This document shows positions 1-14,049 of a stretch of DNA of 64,000 bases, piece after piece. Every line of letters begins with the position of its first letter. Position 1 is the stretch's first letter. Source of the DNA: Fimbriosthenelais zetlandica (Eukaryota). Where the stretch lies: contig OZ365114.1 in NCBI GenBank assembly GCA_977030845.1, positions 14,942,001 through 15,006,000 on the forward strand, written 5' to 3'. The notes beneath the pieces are model-generated. The model had not been told where the DNA came from, made no database searches, and worked only from the letters and a program-made list of their open reading frames with translations. A program made the position numbers and the translations under genes.

Positions 1-299
1 AGGCTCAGGGTTGGCCAGGTTGGTCCGTGGAGTCTCTGATCTCAGGGAGGTATGAACACTTTAATATAAACCTCAATGATGGCTTTAATATCTGTGGAGT
101 ACACAGCCATCTCTAAGGACCTTGCCTTGTTATTCTGTTCCTGGTAAGACATGATATCGACAAGTATTTTAATGATCATTTCACATTTTGTTCCCATTGG
201 GAGTTCTAGTTCAGGGGGTGATACTTCATTCAGGGGTTGTCGTACAGCTATGCACGACCTTTGTTCATCATTGGAATGTGGCAGGAAATGACAGTGAAT

Positions 300-900
300 T
301 GTCGCATATATGCGCAAAAGAGATGTGTCTTTCATCTTGAAAACCTTGCTGAATGATAATGAAACCGCCTTTCGCCATGGACTAAAATTGATACTTTGCT
401 TCTTGCAGATCAGAAATCTTGCGGAATGTAGTTCAGTTCATGAATATCCTTGTTTAAGCCGTCCTGGAAATACATTTACTGACTAGAATCTGAAGCATAC
501 AGACTATATAACAGCACTGATAAGAGCCTTAGAACATAGAGCCCTTGAGCAAACGCAGCGCTGTATTCTATAGGGGAGCAATATATGCTGCTCGGCAAGG
601 GAAGCAGAAAGTCCTGATGTGCTAGCTCAGTGTCATAAAACCCTGACAGTAACTGTTGATGAATCCCGTAAATATGCAAAGGTGGACAAGGAAGAGAGGC
701 ACTCATCAAATTTTCATCGTGCGGGGGGAGTGGCGGGGACAGCTTTCATTTCAAAGGAAGTGTCTCCCTGTTTTCAGGCGCAATAGATGGGTTTGGGCAT
801 GATGGGAGGTCCAGATGAGCTTAAAGCCCTTTGTTATCGTGATCAACCATGGAAGCCGTAAAAAATCTGAGAACAATGCATGCTAACCTTTAGACACGGC
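300..900 (-). mobile_element. Very degenerate DIRS-type reverse transcriptase fragment
   Basis: Minus-strand translation LPWLITITKGFKLIW and VPLFLV..GFINSY resembles the start of DIRS RT (W+L..I..GY+L.F; SPLFLV.K); many stops. Confidence 0.3.
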
Positions 901-2747
901 AGTTATTTATTGCCTTCATTCAAGATACTGCTCAAAAGGAATCGGTAAGGCATTGTTTGATGGCCTATTATCACCCAGAAGTGGGGGGAAAGTTGCTCAT
1001 TCGGACTGATGGTGTTCCGGCCAGTTTGCCTCATTGTATGTCTATTGGCGCTGAAGACAAAACAAGAGGGAGCCGTACAGGCTCTGTTTAGATGACCTTC
1101 TAAAGGTCAGGATGTCCTCAATAATCCTCTGACTGATGTGCCTGTCTGTACAAGACAGTATTTTGGTGCAATGGGCCCAGTAACGAGGTTTTGAGAAGGA
1201 CGCTTCATATGTATGCATTGCATTGTTCTGTTACTAAAAGGAAACTTCGCCATGCATGGCAATTGGTTAGCAAGTGACAAATGTAAAAACATGTGACGGT
1301 ATTTTGGGCCTTGTGATGTACATAATTATATGTTACACTTTCCTGAGGCACAATCCAGAATATATGTTTTGCAATCATATATTCTGATTATTTGTCTAGG
1401 ATATCCAGTCTTCGTGTTTTCTCCTTCCTGAATGGGATAGGGAAAGTATAATTGTTGACTGAAAATATCTATTCACATGAAGTTATATTTCGTAAAGTTT
1501 AATCAGGTCAATAGATATCTGTCCAAATTTCGTTCAGTAGACTGTCTCTAAAACAACCTGGGTCATTTTTTTAAAAAGTGGCTTCAAGCTTTACTTTTTA
1601 TATTTAAATGCCAACATCTGTGCCCCAATCACCACAGTGGTTAAAAATGGCACAATACAAAAAAGCAAGAGTCTCTGGGCAGTGTCTCTGAGTAGAAACT
1701 TTGAATAGGTTTCGGAAGATCAATATGGACTGGAGGGACGGTGATGAAGGGCTCTTCTCTAATATGCTCTAAGTGACCCAATTTGATAGGTCTATAATAT
1801 CTAACCACAGAATGGAACATGTCCTTGGGCGGACGCATAACTACCGACTCACTACCGACTGACATAAATACCTCTCTTTTAAAGGGAAAGATCACACTAT
1901 TATATTGTATAGAGCTCTATAGACAAAAGGTGAAAGAATCGGGTGAGGATATTTTTTCACCAAACCATTTGCTGACAAAAATGATTTAAAAAATTTTGGA
2001 ATCTCAATTGGACCTAAATACGAATGAGCCTAGTGATTTGTAGCCGGCGTCGTTCATCACTCCACCACCATTCAGGACACGGCCTTAGGTAGTCGCAAAT
2101 AACCATTTCCCCCTGGTTTGTAAACATTCAACCGAAACCAATCAGTCTTGACCTTGAACGCACCACATTAACCAAGAGAAAAGCCATTCAATAGAACATT
2201 TGAGCCAGGGGAAAACATTGAAGCCACTTCCGGGTGTTTAAAGACTGGTGGTCTATAAGTAGAGGTGATGGCTCGGTAGGCAAGAGGTGAAAACATGCCT
2301 TCATGGTCAGCCCATGGTCTACCTGCCTCCGGGCAGTGTGTGCTGTGCTGTGCTGTGCTGCAGCAGCACTGAGAACAGGATCTGGGTGGTCAAGTTTGCT
2401 TCTTTAAACAGGCCCTCCTCCCCCTCCCCTGTGGCCCCCCTCGGGCTAGCACGGTTTTCCCTAATGCCTTTCCAACCAAGCTTACTTTCTCCGGTTTTCT
2501 CTATATATTTGTTCTATAGATCAATGGGAAAGGTCACCAAGACGGCGTGTGTCCTTCGTTGGTAGTGATGTACTTCATGCATCTGTTATTTCTCGCCCAA
2601 AGGTCATTCATGCTCGCATTTATTGTGACAATTTTTTTTTCGTGATTTGTCTTTGAACATACAGATGCTCATCTGATGTCATGTGTACTTAAGTAAATAG
2701 CGTGTTGGACAAAGGTGTTGCACGAAACAAATCGTTTCTGTATCACA

Positions 2748-2797
2748 AGTTCGGGCTGATATACTGGAAACATATAGGCTCTATACACCACTGAGCT
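2748..2797 (-). mobile_element. Degenerate tRNA-derived SINE head
   Basis: Reverse complement agctcagtggtgtatagagcct (A-box-like) resembles the better copy at 61094-61156; no clear B box. Confidence 0.3.
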
Positions 2798-2899
2798 TGA
2801 AGCATCGTGGATATGGATTAAATCCGCTGAATTCTGATACCAACAATCTAGTTCATGTAATTGGAAATGTCAGCAATGAAATACTATATGGCTAGCACT

Positions 2900-5800
2900 T
2901 AAACTTGACATTTCAATACATAATTTGAGCTCTGATTCGGAATTGACATTTTTACTTTTACTTTCATTCCTTTACAAAATTGTTATTTTTACATTTGCCA
3001 TGCAAGCTGCATATCCCTTTACCATAGTGCAGTTCATCTTTTCCAAAACATCCGTTCATTGATGAAAAGTGAAGTAACCTCGGATTTGATTCGTACGTGT
3101 ACAGAAAAATGCGACCTTTTTCAGCAGCTTTTGCAGATCATGAATTTGGATTTGAGTATATATGGAGCAAGTTACATCGGCCTTTCATCTGTAATTGAAA
3201 GTCTTTGGTGCTTGTCTCGAATGTCACTTGACTGTGCGACTCCCACTTGCCCATGTATCCCTCGAACCTTTGACATAACTCAGACTCCTCCTACAGCATC
3301 GATTTCTCTCAAGCCTGACCTTGTTTGCAAACGGCATTGGCAACTCCTGGTTGGGCCATGCCAGAGACAGCAAGGACGTTATTCATTTCACATCCCCATT
3401 GTTACAGAGATGATCAGAAGACAGATGGTTCTGTTGTCTATCAGAGGATCAGAGAGACTATAGCTTCTACCAGGCCACACATGCTGGCACTTCTATACCC
3501 TTGTGGTTAGAATCCTGATGTGTGTCTGTTTCAGACGCAGCTTAAACATTTAGCAGTTCGTACAGAATTATCTTCTTCTCCTATAGTTTCCTCTCAAATA
3601 TTTTGTGAGTCGTAGGAATCATTTCTGTCAGCAAACAGGTTTAAAATTCCTAAATACGTTTTCTCTTATGGTTGCAAAGTGCTATCGGACATAAATGTGT
3701 CGCTGGAAAAAGATTGTATACAAATCACGAAGCTGGTATCTGTCTCTAGCATTGAATAGGTAACCAAATTGTCGTCGCAAGTCAAACTACAGTTTGCATC
3801 ATTCAGGTCTTGTACCTCTTGAATGGGATGATATCTCAGGAGTAGAATACATCCATATGTTGCTGCATTATTTATACAGTCATCGATCACCTCCATCATT
3901 ATTGTTCCGTACTTGTTAACACAGAATGTGTTGGATTCAAAAAAGGAGGACAAGGAATTTCTGTTGGAAATTTCTGTTCCTCATGACAACTGACGGAATC
4001 TGCTGGAAATAAGCCAAAACTGGGTCATTCATTGAAACTGAATAATCAAAAGTGGCACCTGATTTCTTGAACGTTCTGGCCTACTTTTCAGCAAATGCTG
4101 GCTTCATTTATTTCTTGTTCTGACAAAGAGTTTGTTTCTTATTGGAAAATCACAACGTCTTCCAGGAATGTTGTTATAACAGTGATTCAGATGTTTCTCG
4201 CATCAAAAGCGTAAAGCTATAAATTCTACATAAATATTGGCCTGGTGCCAGTAAAAGGTCTTAAGTGATTCCACAAGAAAGGCGCTCTCATTTGGTGAGC
4301 TCAACAAAAAAAAGTCTTTATGCCACCACCTTAAACATGCAATTCTTGCATCCATTACGATTTGATGATTTAAGACTATAGCCAGCGAGTCTAAATATAA
4401 ATAAATGTCTGAAAAAATATCTGAGTCCAAAGCTAGGAGAAATGAAGGCATGATCACCCATCCCTCATCCATGTGATAGAACATTGGTGGCATTTTAAAA
4501 GCTCTGCAAAGTTCCACTGATCTCTGAAGATTACCTCACTGAGCCATTGACAATATGGCCGTTATTAATAGTCATGGACCCACATGCGTGATCATTGGAA
4601 AATGCATTGTGAATTGATAGTCTTCATTATTATCACATCTTGTGTGATTTCTGATTCACATGATATGAGGCTAACTGAGGACATTTTCCGTGAAGGAGTG
4701 AATAATATATAGTATAGAACATGTTGGCTAAAGCGTGACAGAAGATGGACGAGATTGGGAAGAAACCTTTATGCCGAGATTCTCTGATCTCTGGGCTTCG
4801 ATCGCAATTACAACCTGCGCACATGAATCAAGAACCGTTGTAAGTTTCCATTAGGGGATGATTTTTTTCACATCAAGAAGCAAATTGCTCCGTGTCACGA
4901 AGAAAAGCATCTGAAGTCTGAGAAAGACTGAAGTGATTGATGGCATGTGAAAGATGTCACATTCAAGTGCCGAGCAAACGATGTGAATATCCTCGCCGCT
5001 TTTTTGATATGCCGTATTTGAAAACCGGATTAATATTGGTTCAGATCTTCAGTTTCGCTACTTGCCCTTTGAGGCTCAGAATTAATCGATGCTTTATCAA
5101 TTTGAACGAAATAGTCCCTGCGAATGTGGTCATTCAGACGCCAGCAGCTCCTTCTTATTTCAATTTACGTCACTGTTTAGGATTTGATTTTATCATATTC
5201 TTTTGCCCTCACATGGTCGCAATCTATATAGAGTGGCCAATGTCCTTTGCATTTGCCTTCGCCATAAGGTCCTCTTAAAATGGGTAATGTTCCTTCATCA
5301 CCAATTTGCAGATTGGATATTTGTGTATATTTACTTGTCTGTTGAGGCCAGGTCCATCAAGTGTACGTGGTCATTGGGGGCAGGACATCTGGAGAGGACT
5401 TCCTAACAAGGACTGGCATTGATTTGCTGTGAGGAGGCGTGGAACTGCTCAGAAGTCTGACTAACCAAACCTGAGCACCTCTTCTTTTCGATGCTCTGAA
5501 CTAAATATAACTGTCCAAAAATGTTAATCAAATTTTGTTCTGGAAGTTATATAAAATGATTGTCATATTGACTTGTTCAAAGTGAAAGATTGAGAATGAA
5601 TATTGAGCTTGCAACGTGATCAAGTGGGAAAAAAGATCAAAAAGCCAATACCCATACTATAGAGAGGTTGGGGAAAGAAGTCATCGCCCTGGCTATGGAT
5701 CAAATCAAATTGGATTAGAGCTAATTCGCCTGTAGACCTCAAATCTCATTTGAACAGAGAGTCGGCTTGTAATCAATGGTTTGAACTCTCCTAGTCTACT

Positions 5801-8800
5801 ATCATCTCCCCCAGATGAAGTTTGCTGAGGGCTACTTTCTATTTAGCCTTAAGCATTATTGGTCTCCAGTCAGGACATCGTATATCTATGGTCAATTCAA
5901 AGTTGCAAACCTTGGCTAATTTGGCCAGAAGGCCATATATTTTCTTGGCATGAGTTGCAATCTAAGCCTAGCTGGTTATCCTGCTTTGATTGAACCTGTC
6001 ACAGCAAAAGCCAATACGGGAGAGAATTGCATTCGCATAGGCTGCACACGTATATAGCAGTAATTCCGGAGACGAGATCACCTTTCTAGACTCGGTGTAA
6101 TGACCCCGTAGTCCACTCGAATTACCCGACTGATCATCTTATGGAATATCTGCAAGGGTTTGGACCATGTTGGGTTGTGGCCCCTTTTACGTTATCTCAC
6201 TCATTAGAGAATAGAATCTTCTACCGCCTTGATAGGATTACTCATCGCAAAGATAGTATTAATTTTTATGACAGGTTTGTCTGAAAGATGCCGATGATGT
6301 GGTCTTATAGAAACGACAATGTTCAGGGATAGGATCTTCCAGGTGAATCCATTACAAGTTACTGTGTTATCAAATTGCCATATTATCAGATGTTTTCTTG
6401 ACAGCTTTGACCAAAGTCTCAAGCCTAGGTACTTTCGGGAAAAGGACATTTGCCATGTCAACTTAATTATTCTGTTCAAGTTGCCCATCAAAGAGACGGC
6501 CGTTAATGTCGACCATAATTTTACCATAATCACTATAATCAGTTTTCCATTAATGAACCTGATTCCCGGTGTGAACTATTGTTTGTTCGTATTTCAATGC
6601 ACATTTTTAACAAATGGGGACAAATTGTTTGAAAGAGTCTATAGTTTCACCTGTAAATCCCTTCCAAACACCGTGTACACATGTGGGCCATCAGCTTTGG
6701 ATGGATTGGCAAATCCAGAAGTCAGGCAAAGCCTGGCTTTATTTGAAAATTGAAATGTTCTTTTCCGATGTATATCTACAATTTCATTATATGTTATAAG
6801 AGACTTCAAATCATGGTCTGTCAGTATAACAAGAGTTGGAAAACTAGCTCATCAGTATGAATTCACATGCATATTGATCCATATGGTGCAAGGAAAGAAG
6901 TATGTCAAGAAGATATCTGCGAACAAGTCCATTAAAGAGGATCTCACTGCAATAATCTCTCATGTAAATTGAGGAGTGATTCTGTACAATTGCGGAGCAG
7001 GATAGCTATATAGAGTCGCCTTAATGTCCATGTGATTTGTAAGGTAAGGACAAGTAATTGTCTCCCACTGAGAGAGGAGGGACACACGCTTACCATTCCA
7101 CCATTTGCTAGACCATTATACAAGCTTTCCCGTGTAGGCTACCCTAAGACTGGTTGGATCACTGTAAATAATACCTTGTTTTTCCTGGAGGATTCCCAGA
7201 AAGAGTCATGATCGCCCTGGTCTATTTTCATGAAGATGAAAACTGACAGGCCTATGGCTCATTGGTATGCGTTCTCACAGTGCTTTTTATCACTTTCTGA
7301 ATGGTACTTTTTTGCGTTAAGGTGCCTACCTTAAAATGCACTCTGCTCAGATTATTACTTGATTCCACTTGAAACTAGATATAATACATTAGATCCGTGA
7401 AGAGTTTTACCAGTATCGACACTTTTCCCGAGCTTTAGACCTCAATGAGAAAGTGCAGCAGCAACATTTTTGTTGTTGGCTCCCAGACAAAGTTGGTCCT
7501 CTGTTTTTATTGAATAAGGTTTTAGTACTAATGTGCGATTAGCATTATTATAACTCTCCTGTTCGTTTGATCATGGCCTGTGGAAATTTGTCAATTTGTA
7601 AAGCAAAAGGTTAGTCCTGCTGCCAAATGTGTTTGTCGAAATCGAGCGTTCCCTGTCCCCTAGGAACACTATTTGATGGCAACCTTCACTCGAGGTCATC
7701 TCTGCTTGTGTGACCTGTCACTGAAGAGACAGTCATTGGTTGTCCTGTCAGTTTTGTTTACTCCAGACAAGCCAACAGGACCAGCTTGTTTTTTGCTGGG
7801 GCCTGGCATGGAGTGACGTCATGATGTCACGTGAGTGACATAGTGGCCTGTACCAAGGACCAGCAACTGCCAATCAGCGGGAAATGGAGCAGGGTTAAAC
7901 AAGTCACCCAGACACGGCAGAAATCCTCCACGCAATGACAGATACAACACTGCCGGCCTGCTATATCAATGTTTGTCCTAAATGATATCATGTAATATTC
8001 ACACAGTGTTGTCATACCTGAATAGTCAGCATGCATAGTCCCCGTCAATGCCATAATGTAAACATGTCTGACAAGTGTCGGATTTGCATGAACAAGTAGA
8101 CAGTCCGAATGCAAGAGTATCCAAATGGGTAACTGATTACCAATGCATGTTCTACTATTCCAAATCATGTCCTCAAGCTTTAGAAACTATCATAATTCAC
8201 TTGCGTTCCTTTAAATATTTGAAAGCTAATCTCCGTCTCCAGCCTGTGGCAGAGTCGTAACTGGAAAAATATGCTTTTACCGGGTCCATTGTTGCATGGA
8301 TCGTTTGAACCAGCGTTTTTATTTTTTCAGGTCTGATATTTCAGTGTTTGTCTTTGACAGTAATCAATCAAATTTTGTTTGCTTGAACCGCCTTTCCCAT
8401 CGACTACAAGTCGGTATAGACCAGGTAATGAGTTTATCTTTTGTTCAACAAGCACAGAGAGGTTGTCTTTTCAGAAAATACACGAAACTGAGCAATTTGA
8501 ATGAGAATGCAGCCAGGTTCGTGCAACATGATAACAGTACATTTTCTTGAAGGTCTTGCTTTTCAGAGCACTACAAGCACGCGAGTTGACCTTTGTCGAT
8601 CAGCTCAAAGATTTTGACAGACGAATGGCCACGGTGAGCAAATGCAGGCATTTCAGCAAATACCAGTAACAAAGTCCACCTCCAGAGCTCCTCGTATACA
8701 ATGCTGTGAGACAGGCATTGACAGTCGAGGGAGGATATTTGACCTACCTTGCAAATCCCAGGGGATGGGTTTGTCCAGACTCATAAAGCATAATATGTCA

Positions 8801-9100
8801 TAAGCTCTGGCTGTACACTGGCTCAAAATAAGCTTTTTCCTGCTTAGGTCATCATATCTTGGCTGATTTATGTCTGGTCTGTCTGAGGCCTATAGAGAGG
8901 CTATTGCGTTTGTGGATATCCCCAGCACGGGAAAAGATTTTGGTGATAATTAATTGCTGGCGAGAAACCCTCATCAAGCAAGAGCTATAAAACTTGATGC
9001 CACCAATCGCAAGCTCATGCAACCTTGATAATTTCTCTAAGAATATTGGACTTACAATTCGGAGCATGCATGGCATAAAATTGTGATCAAATTTGCAACA
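2900..9100 (-). mobile_element. Decayed Ty3/Gypsy gag-pol fossil
   Basis: Collinear minus-strand remnants: zinc-knuckle-like GRQCCICH (~7930), protease-like VDINGRLF (~6500), RT-like HMPSITSVF..LLDVK (~4900), RNase H-like QFGYLFN..LYTIF (~3750), integrase-like VWPG and GVAQSSD..LAPY (3100-3480). Many stops and frameshifts. Confidence 0.5.
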
Positions 9101-9299
9101 GTGCTCAGAGCTATACGTGTCTTGTGAGACGATTTACAGCAGTCTTCAGGTCATACGTCTTGCTGTAGCATAGTAGAAACATACTGTGTCTAATATACTG
9201 GTAGTCATTAGACAGTAATGCTTCCATCTTGCCCTCCTCTAAATCTGGGCGTACACAATTCCTTCCTGACATTGACACATCACCCTACTTCCACACACC

Positions 9300-10560
9300 A
9301 TAAAACAGCAAGATTATTAAGTTTTTAATCCTCACCACATGCAGCCACAATGGAAAGTCTTAAAGATTGAATAGAGCCCGGTGATTGAGTACAGGATATT
9401 GGAATGCTTGTGGCGATGTATTTACGTCCTTTGCTCCCTTGTGGTTACTGCAAAACCACCCCTTCTGAAAGTCAGCTCTTTCTTCATCTTTACCTTTGAA
9501 GGTCCGTTCTAAAGTCTTCTTCATCCTTCGCTTAAAGGTATACAACTGTAGGAATTGGCATTCCAACCGTAATGTCAACTCGAAACCTGTTTCCTTGTGT
9601 CCAATCTCTCTTCATGAACGAATGAGAGAAGGAATATTTCAAGGCATTCTCCTTATATTCCCATGTGAGCTCGGACCATCTGTTACTGTCCCTGGCAAAA
9701 TGCTCGCGATTGCCATCAGCCATGGCCCCTAAGGTAAATAAATGGCAAGTGGGGATTGGGCTCGTTATTTCCAGGTGATTTGTGCCCAGGTATGCATTGG
9801 TGAAACGGAGTCTAATTTTCAGCCATTAAGCCAGAGGAAAGAGTCCCACGTGTTGATGAAGGGGGTGGGTATTATAGAAGCCATGCAGCTTCTCCTTCCA
9901 GCAATCATCTGACTTTCTTCGAAGCTTGTACTCTGGGATTATAGTATCATTAAAACAGGTATAAGCACGTATCATTAAAGAGGATAATAAGATTTGATGA
10001 AGGGTGCTATTACCTGACTGCGTGTTTCTTGTCACAGTAATGTTTGTGTGGTAATCGCTGTTAGATACCATGGGTTGGTTATATGGATCGTTTAGAGGCC
10101 ATCCTGTGATAAACCACCGCTGGGTCAGCAATGGCCTCGTACAGATAAGGCATCCTGGCCATTCGTTGAAAATCTCCCCTGGCATCGTTACAACAACCTT
10201 ATCAAATATTGGGTAAGGAGCCACTATATATGTCAGGTGGGGTATTTAGCTATAATCGAGCTCCGGGAAGTGACCACTATCTTTGACTTAGAAGTTAAGT
10301 GCATCCCTATCGTTCCTGAAAGGGAATATCACAATGGAATGCCACATTATTCCTTGTCTCATTTGATTTTACCTTTCACTAAGAAGAATTCTGCACATAC
10401 TGTTTGCATATGAATTACTACAAACAGGCTCATGAAGTGTTTTCAGCAGCGGCTTCCTTAAAAAATGGGCTTGTCTCATCACTGCCTCATTAGCTGTATA
10501 CCCATCAAGAATTTTAACTGTAATTGATGCTCTGAGCACCTGCTCTTCTTTGATTACCGG
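9300..10560 (-). mobile_element. Second Gypsy pol fossil (RNase H-integrase)
   Basis: ORF 9826-10224 has FITGWP..NITV..KLHG (RH-IN linker I..GWP..EL+V..H); ORF 9532-9723 has HFAR (integrase FAR+G.P). Confidence 0.55.
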
Positions 10561-13500
10561 TAATTACTCTATTTTCTTCTACGCGGGGTCTTCAGCCACC
10601 GGGCACCATCGTTCTGAAGTTTGTGACAGTTGCAAATGCGACCTGTCAACGTTGAAGGCAGTAGTGAAAATTGATTCAAATCCAGTCCCTTGCCCGAATC
10701 TTGCGTGTGAGCGTTCTTGAGCTGCATGTTGAAATAGTAATAGTCGTCAAAAGAAAGGACACGCACTGTGACCTTGAACAGACCAGAGCGTTTTTTTGTG
10801 GTCGTGCTCATGCAACAGGCGAATATTTATAGACTCACCCGCCTTTATCCGTCTCTTTGTGCTCTGCTAGCTGAGAGAGCGCACACAACTTCATAGCCTT
10901 GGTGACTGATTCGAAACTTTTAACCAGCACGCTTGATTGCTGGCGTTTTTTTCTGAAGTTGCATGACAACAAACGCAAGCATCTGTTTCAGGCATCACGG
11001 ACATAGTTTACTTTGATAAATGTGCACTTGAAATCCCTACCAATGTCTGACTGGGATATGTATTGTAGAATCATCAAGTTTTCACCGGGCTTATGATGTT
11101 TGCATTGAGCAATGCATGGACGTTAGCAATCCTTTTGGTGACACCTTCAAGACGAGTGTGCCTACAGCACTGTTCCACCCCACCTATGTCAACAACTGTG
11201 ATTGGCCAAGCCGGCCATTATGTGATCGGTCATGTGACTGTGTGTACGAACCATGTGGTTGCCATGGCTTTAACCCTCGTATCCATGGTAAAATTAGACA
11301 AACATTTTGAGAGGTTTCCACAGAAACCTTATTTTCACTCCATGGAAACGTGATTAAGGGCTATGACAAATAGATGGTGACGCCCCTGGCACTTTACTGA
11401 GCAGATGGGTATAAATAATATAATATCAAAGCTTGTTAATGAACGCGGCTCATTTCACCAGAGTATGTGATCTCATAGGAATCAAATACACTCGATTATC
11501 CCTGTCCTAATGACATCTTTCCCAAAAGGTAACCCAATGCTGAAAAATTAACTACCGTGTGTAAAGGGTCTGAAAGGTGTTTACAAACATCTCAACCACA
11601 TTACAGATCAGCTGGTGGCAATGGTCCTTCCTGTTGAGAAAATTGATAAATAACACCGCCCAATAGGCTGTTATAGTACCATAAAAGTCACTGCCTGAAA
11701 TGCTGTATGAAAAGGGGGAAGTTTTAATGGCCTTAAAAACGCACCTTAACATGAATTTTCATGCTGCTTGTTGTTTAGGACGACAACATAATTTACGTTC
11801 AGCTCCGAAGTTACATTAAATAGCCCTTTTGTGAAACAATTTAAGCAGACATTTACAATAAGCTGTCATTATTTTTTATCATGAATGTAAAATACTCTGT
11901 CGGTACATTTTCTTCATGAATGTAAAAAAACGCTTCGGTACTTTGGGTAGTTTTTGTATGCGCAATTCAATGTGTATTGAAGTTGAGGGTGTCGTGAAAG
12001 CAAGAGCTCTGAGGAGGATGGGATTATGTGTCAATACTATTTATAAAGGTCTTGGACCTGTAGGATTTGAAACTTTATGAGTTTGATCTGAAGTAAATAT
12101 CCATCTGCTGGTCGGAAAAATAATGATCACCGAAGGAATTATTATATCTTTCTGCCATTATAACTTTCTGCCATTTTAAGCCTACAAATTTCAGAAAGTG
12201 ACCAATCTCTCTGTTCAAGGGGGCAACATTGATTATGATATTTTTTTGTGATTTATGATATGTAACCCTTGTTATATCCTTTTGTTATATCCTCTTGGTA
12301 TATCCTCTTTCAGTCGAAGGTCCACTAAAAACTAATCTCCTGAAAAAGTCAAACTGCATTGAAATTCAAGACGTGCGTCTACATGATACCACAACTTATC
12401 TTCTCAGGCAATACTTCTGACCCAGATCATGATACTTTCCAAACGAATGAGATATTTTTTTGTGGAGTTCGTTCAACAGCATAAAACAATATATTATTGC
12501 GTTTTCGCACGTACCAACTGCCCTTGCATGAATGGTCTGATGTAAAGTTATGAGAAATTAATTAAATATTTGGATATTCTCGGGAGCACTTGAGATGGAT
12601 TGCTTCTGTTAACAGAGATGGATAGCTCCTGATTTAAAATCGCTATCATGTGAAACAAGATTTACGAGGAATGTAAACTTGTGTTGCAATGTGATGAAGT
12701 AGGCTAGGCTGGAGGAATAAGATATCCATCGTATTATATGGCATGTTCATAATGTGCACATACATTCATAAGTTAATTAAGCTTTCAATTTCAATTTCTC
12801 TGAATGGATGATCTGCTAAATGAAAATGTTCAGATGGAAAAATCTGCTGCTCTGAGAGTAAAAAGACAGTTCGGTCTTGGTGGTCTTGAATAGGGTATTG
12901 TGCTATGCATTTCGCCTGAAATACTAGGGTTTATAACATGGTGCAAAAGGATTTGAGAAGAATTTATTTGGGCCATTCCAGAATGACAAGTGACTTGAAG
13001 ATAGGGGGATTAAGCTTTGTGGGCCGGTCGGGAGTAGTTGCTTTTGGACATCACCGGTAGAGGTGATCTGCTTCGAGGACGGTGTAGCCAACCAGCGAAC
13101 GAACTCGTATGTTGCAAGGGGGAAGGCAGCGTTGAGTGGGAGGATGAGGAGAGAGAGAGTGAGGTAGGGGGAAGGTTGGTGGGATGGATGAGGAGTAGGA
13201 AGGCTGTGAGCTGGGCAGATAATGCCTCGATGTAATGAGGCGTCAGTAGACTGTGTGACAGAGCAGAGAGGCTGGGTGTCTGTAAGACAGCCGACACATG
13301 TTATCTCTACTCTATAGCCAGGCCACTATTCACACTGAAACACTCATACATCCATACTACCAGGAGTAACGGGAGGTGGAGGTGGGGGATAGGAGGAGGA
13401 GCAGGAGGACACGAGCTGCTGCTCTTACAGTGTCAACAAGCCAGCCTGCAACAAGGTGCTCTACAGCAGCTCTGGCATACCACACTTACCCAGATACATA

Positions 13501-14049
13501 ACTCCATACATGAGTCACCTTGACTTTTACACAAGAAGACTGGCTAGCTGCTCTCACTTCGAATTGCTTGAGTGTTAGAATGTATGAGGAACTTTAGGAA
13601 CGAAGACTTGTATGGTACAATCGGGAGAACAGATGTGGAGCCGGAGAAAGATGTTGGATTTCTCACATACACCCTCACTGCTTCTTATAACATAGTGACG
13701 CCAATCAAGCATGATGTTCTAAAGGAAGACCATCGCCTCTCAGATTGGGCGGATGGGCATCGTTCACCCCACTCAACGCAAATTGCATTCTTCATTTGAA
13801 GTCGGGTCAACCTATTGGCTGAAACCTCCCGCAGGAGTGGATTCATTGAGATTATTTATTAAGTGCTCTCCTAAACGTTGACCAGGGCATAGTGGTCTGC
13901 ATTTTGAGAAGCCTTCCTAGAAAGGAGGTAATTCACACTGTCACTGAAACCTAGGTCTTGCCATGAGGCCCTGTGTCACTACTCTGGTGTCAGCTCTAGA
14001 TTTATTAGGCTGAGCCACAAATGGCTTTGGGATCTTCTTTGGAAAAAAG

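Noticed and set aside
4440-4620. Plus-strand BEL/Pao integrase-like MAVINSHGP (cf. AIINSRPL)
   Set aside because: Isolated motif with no SDNG or KRYG context; the surrounding collinear evidence favours a minus-strand Gypsy pol.
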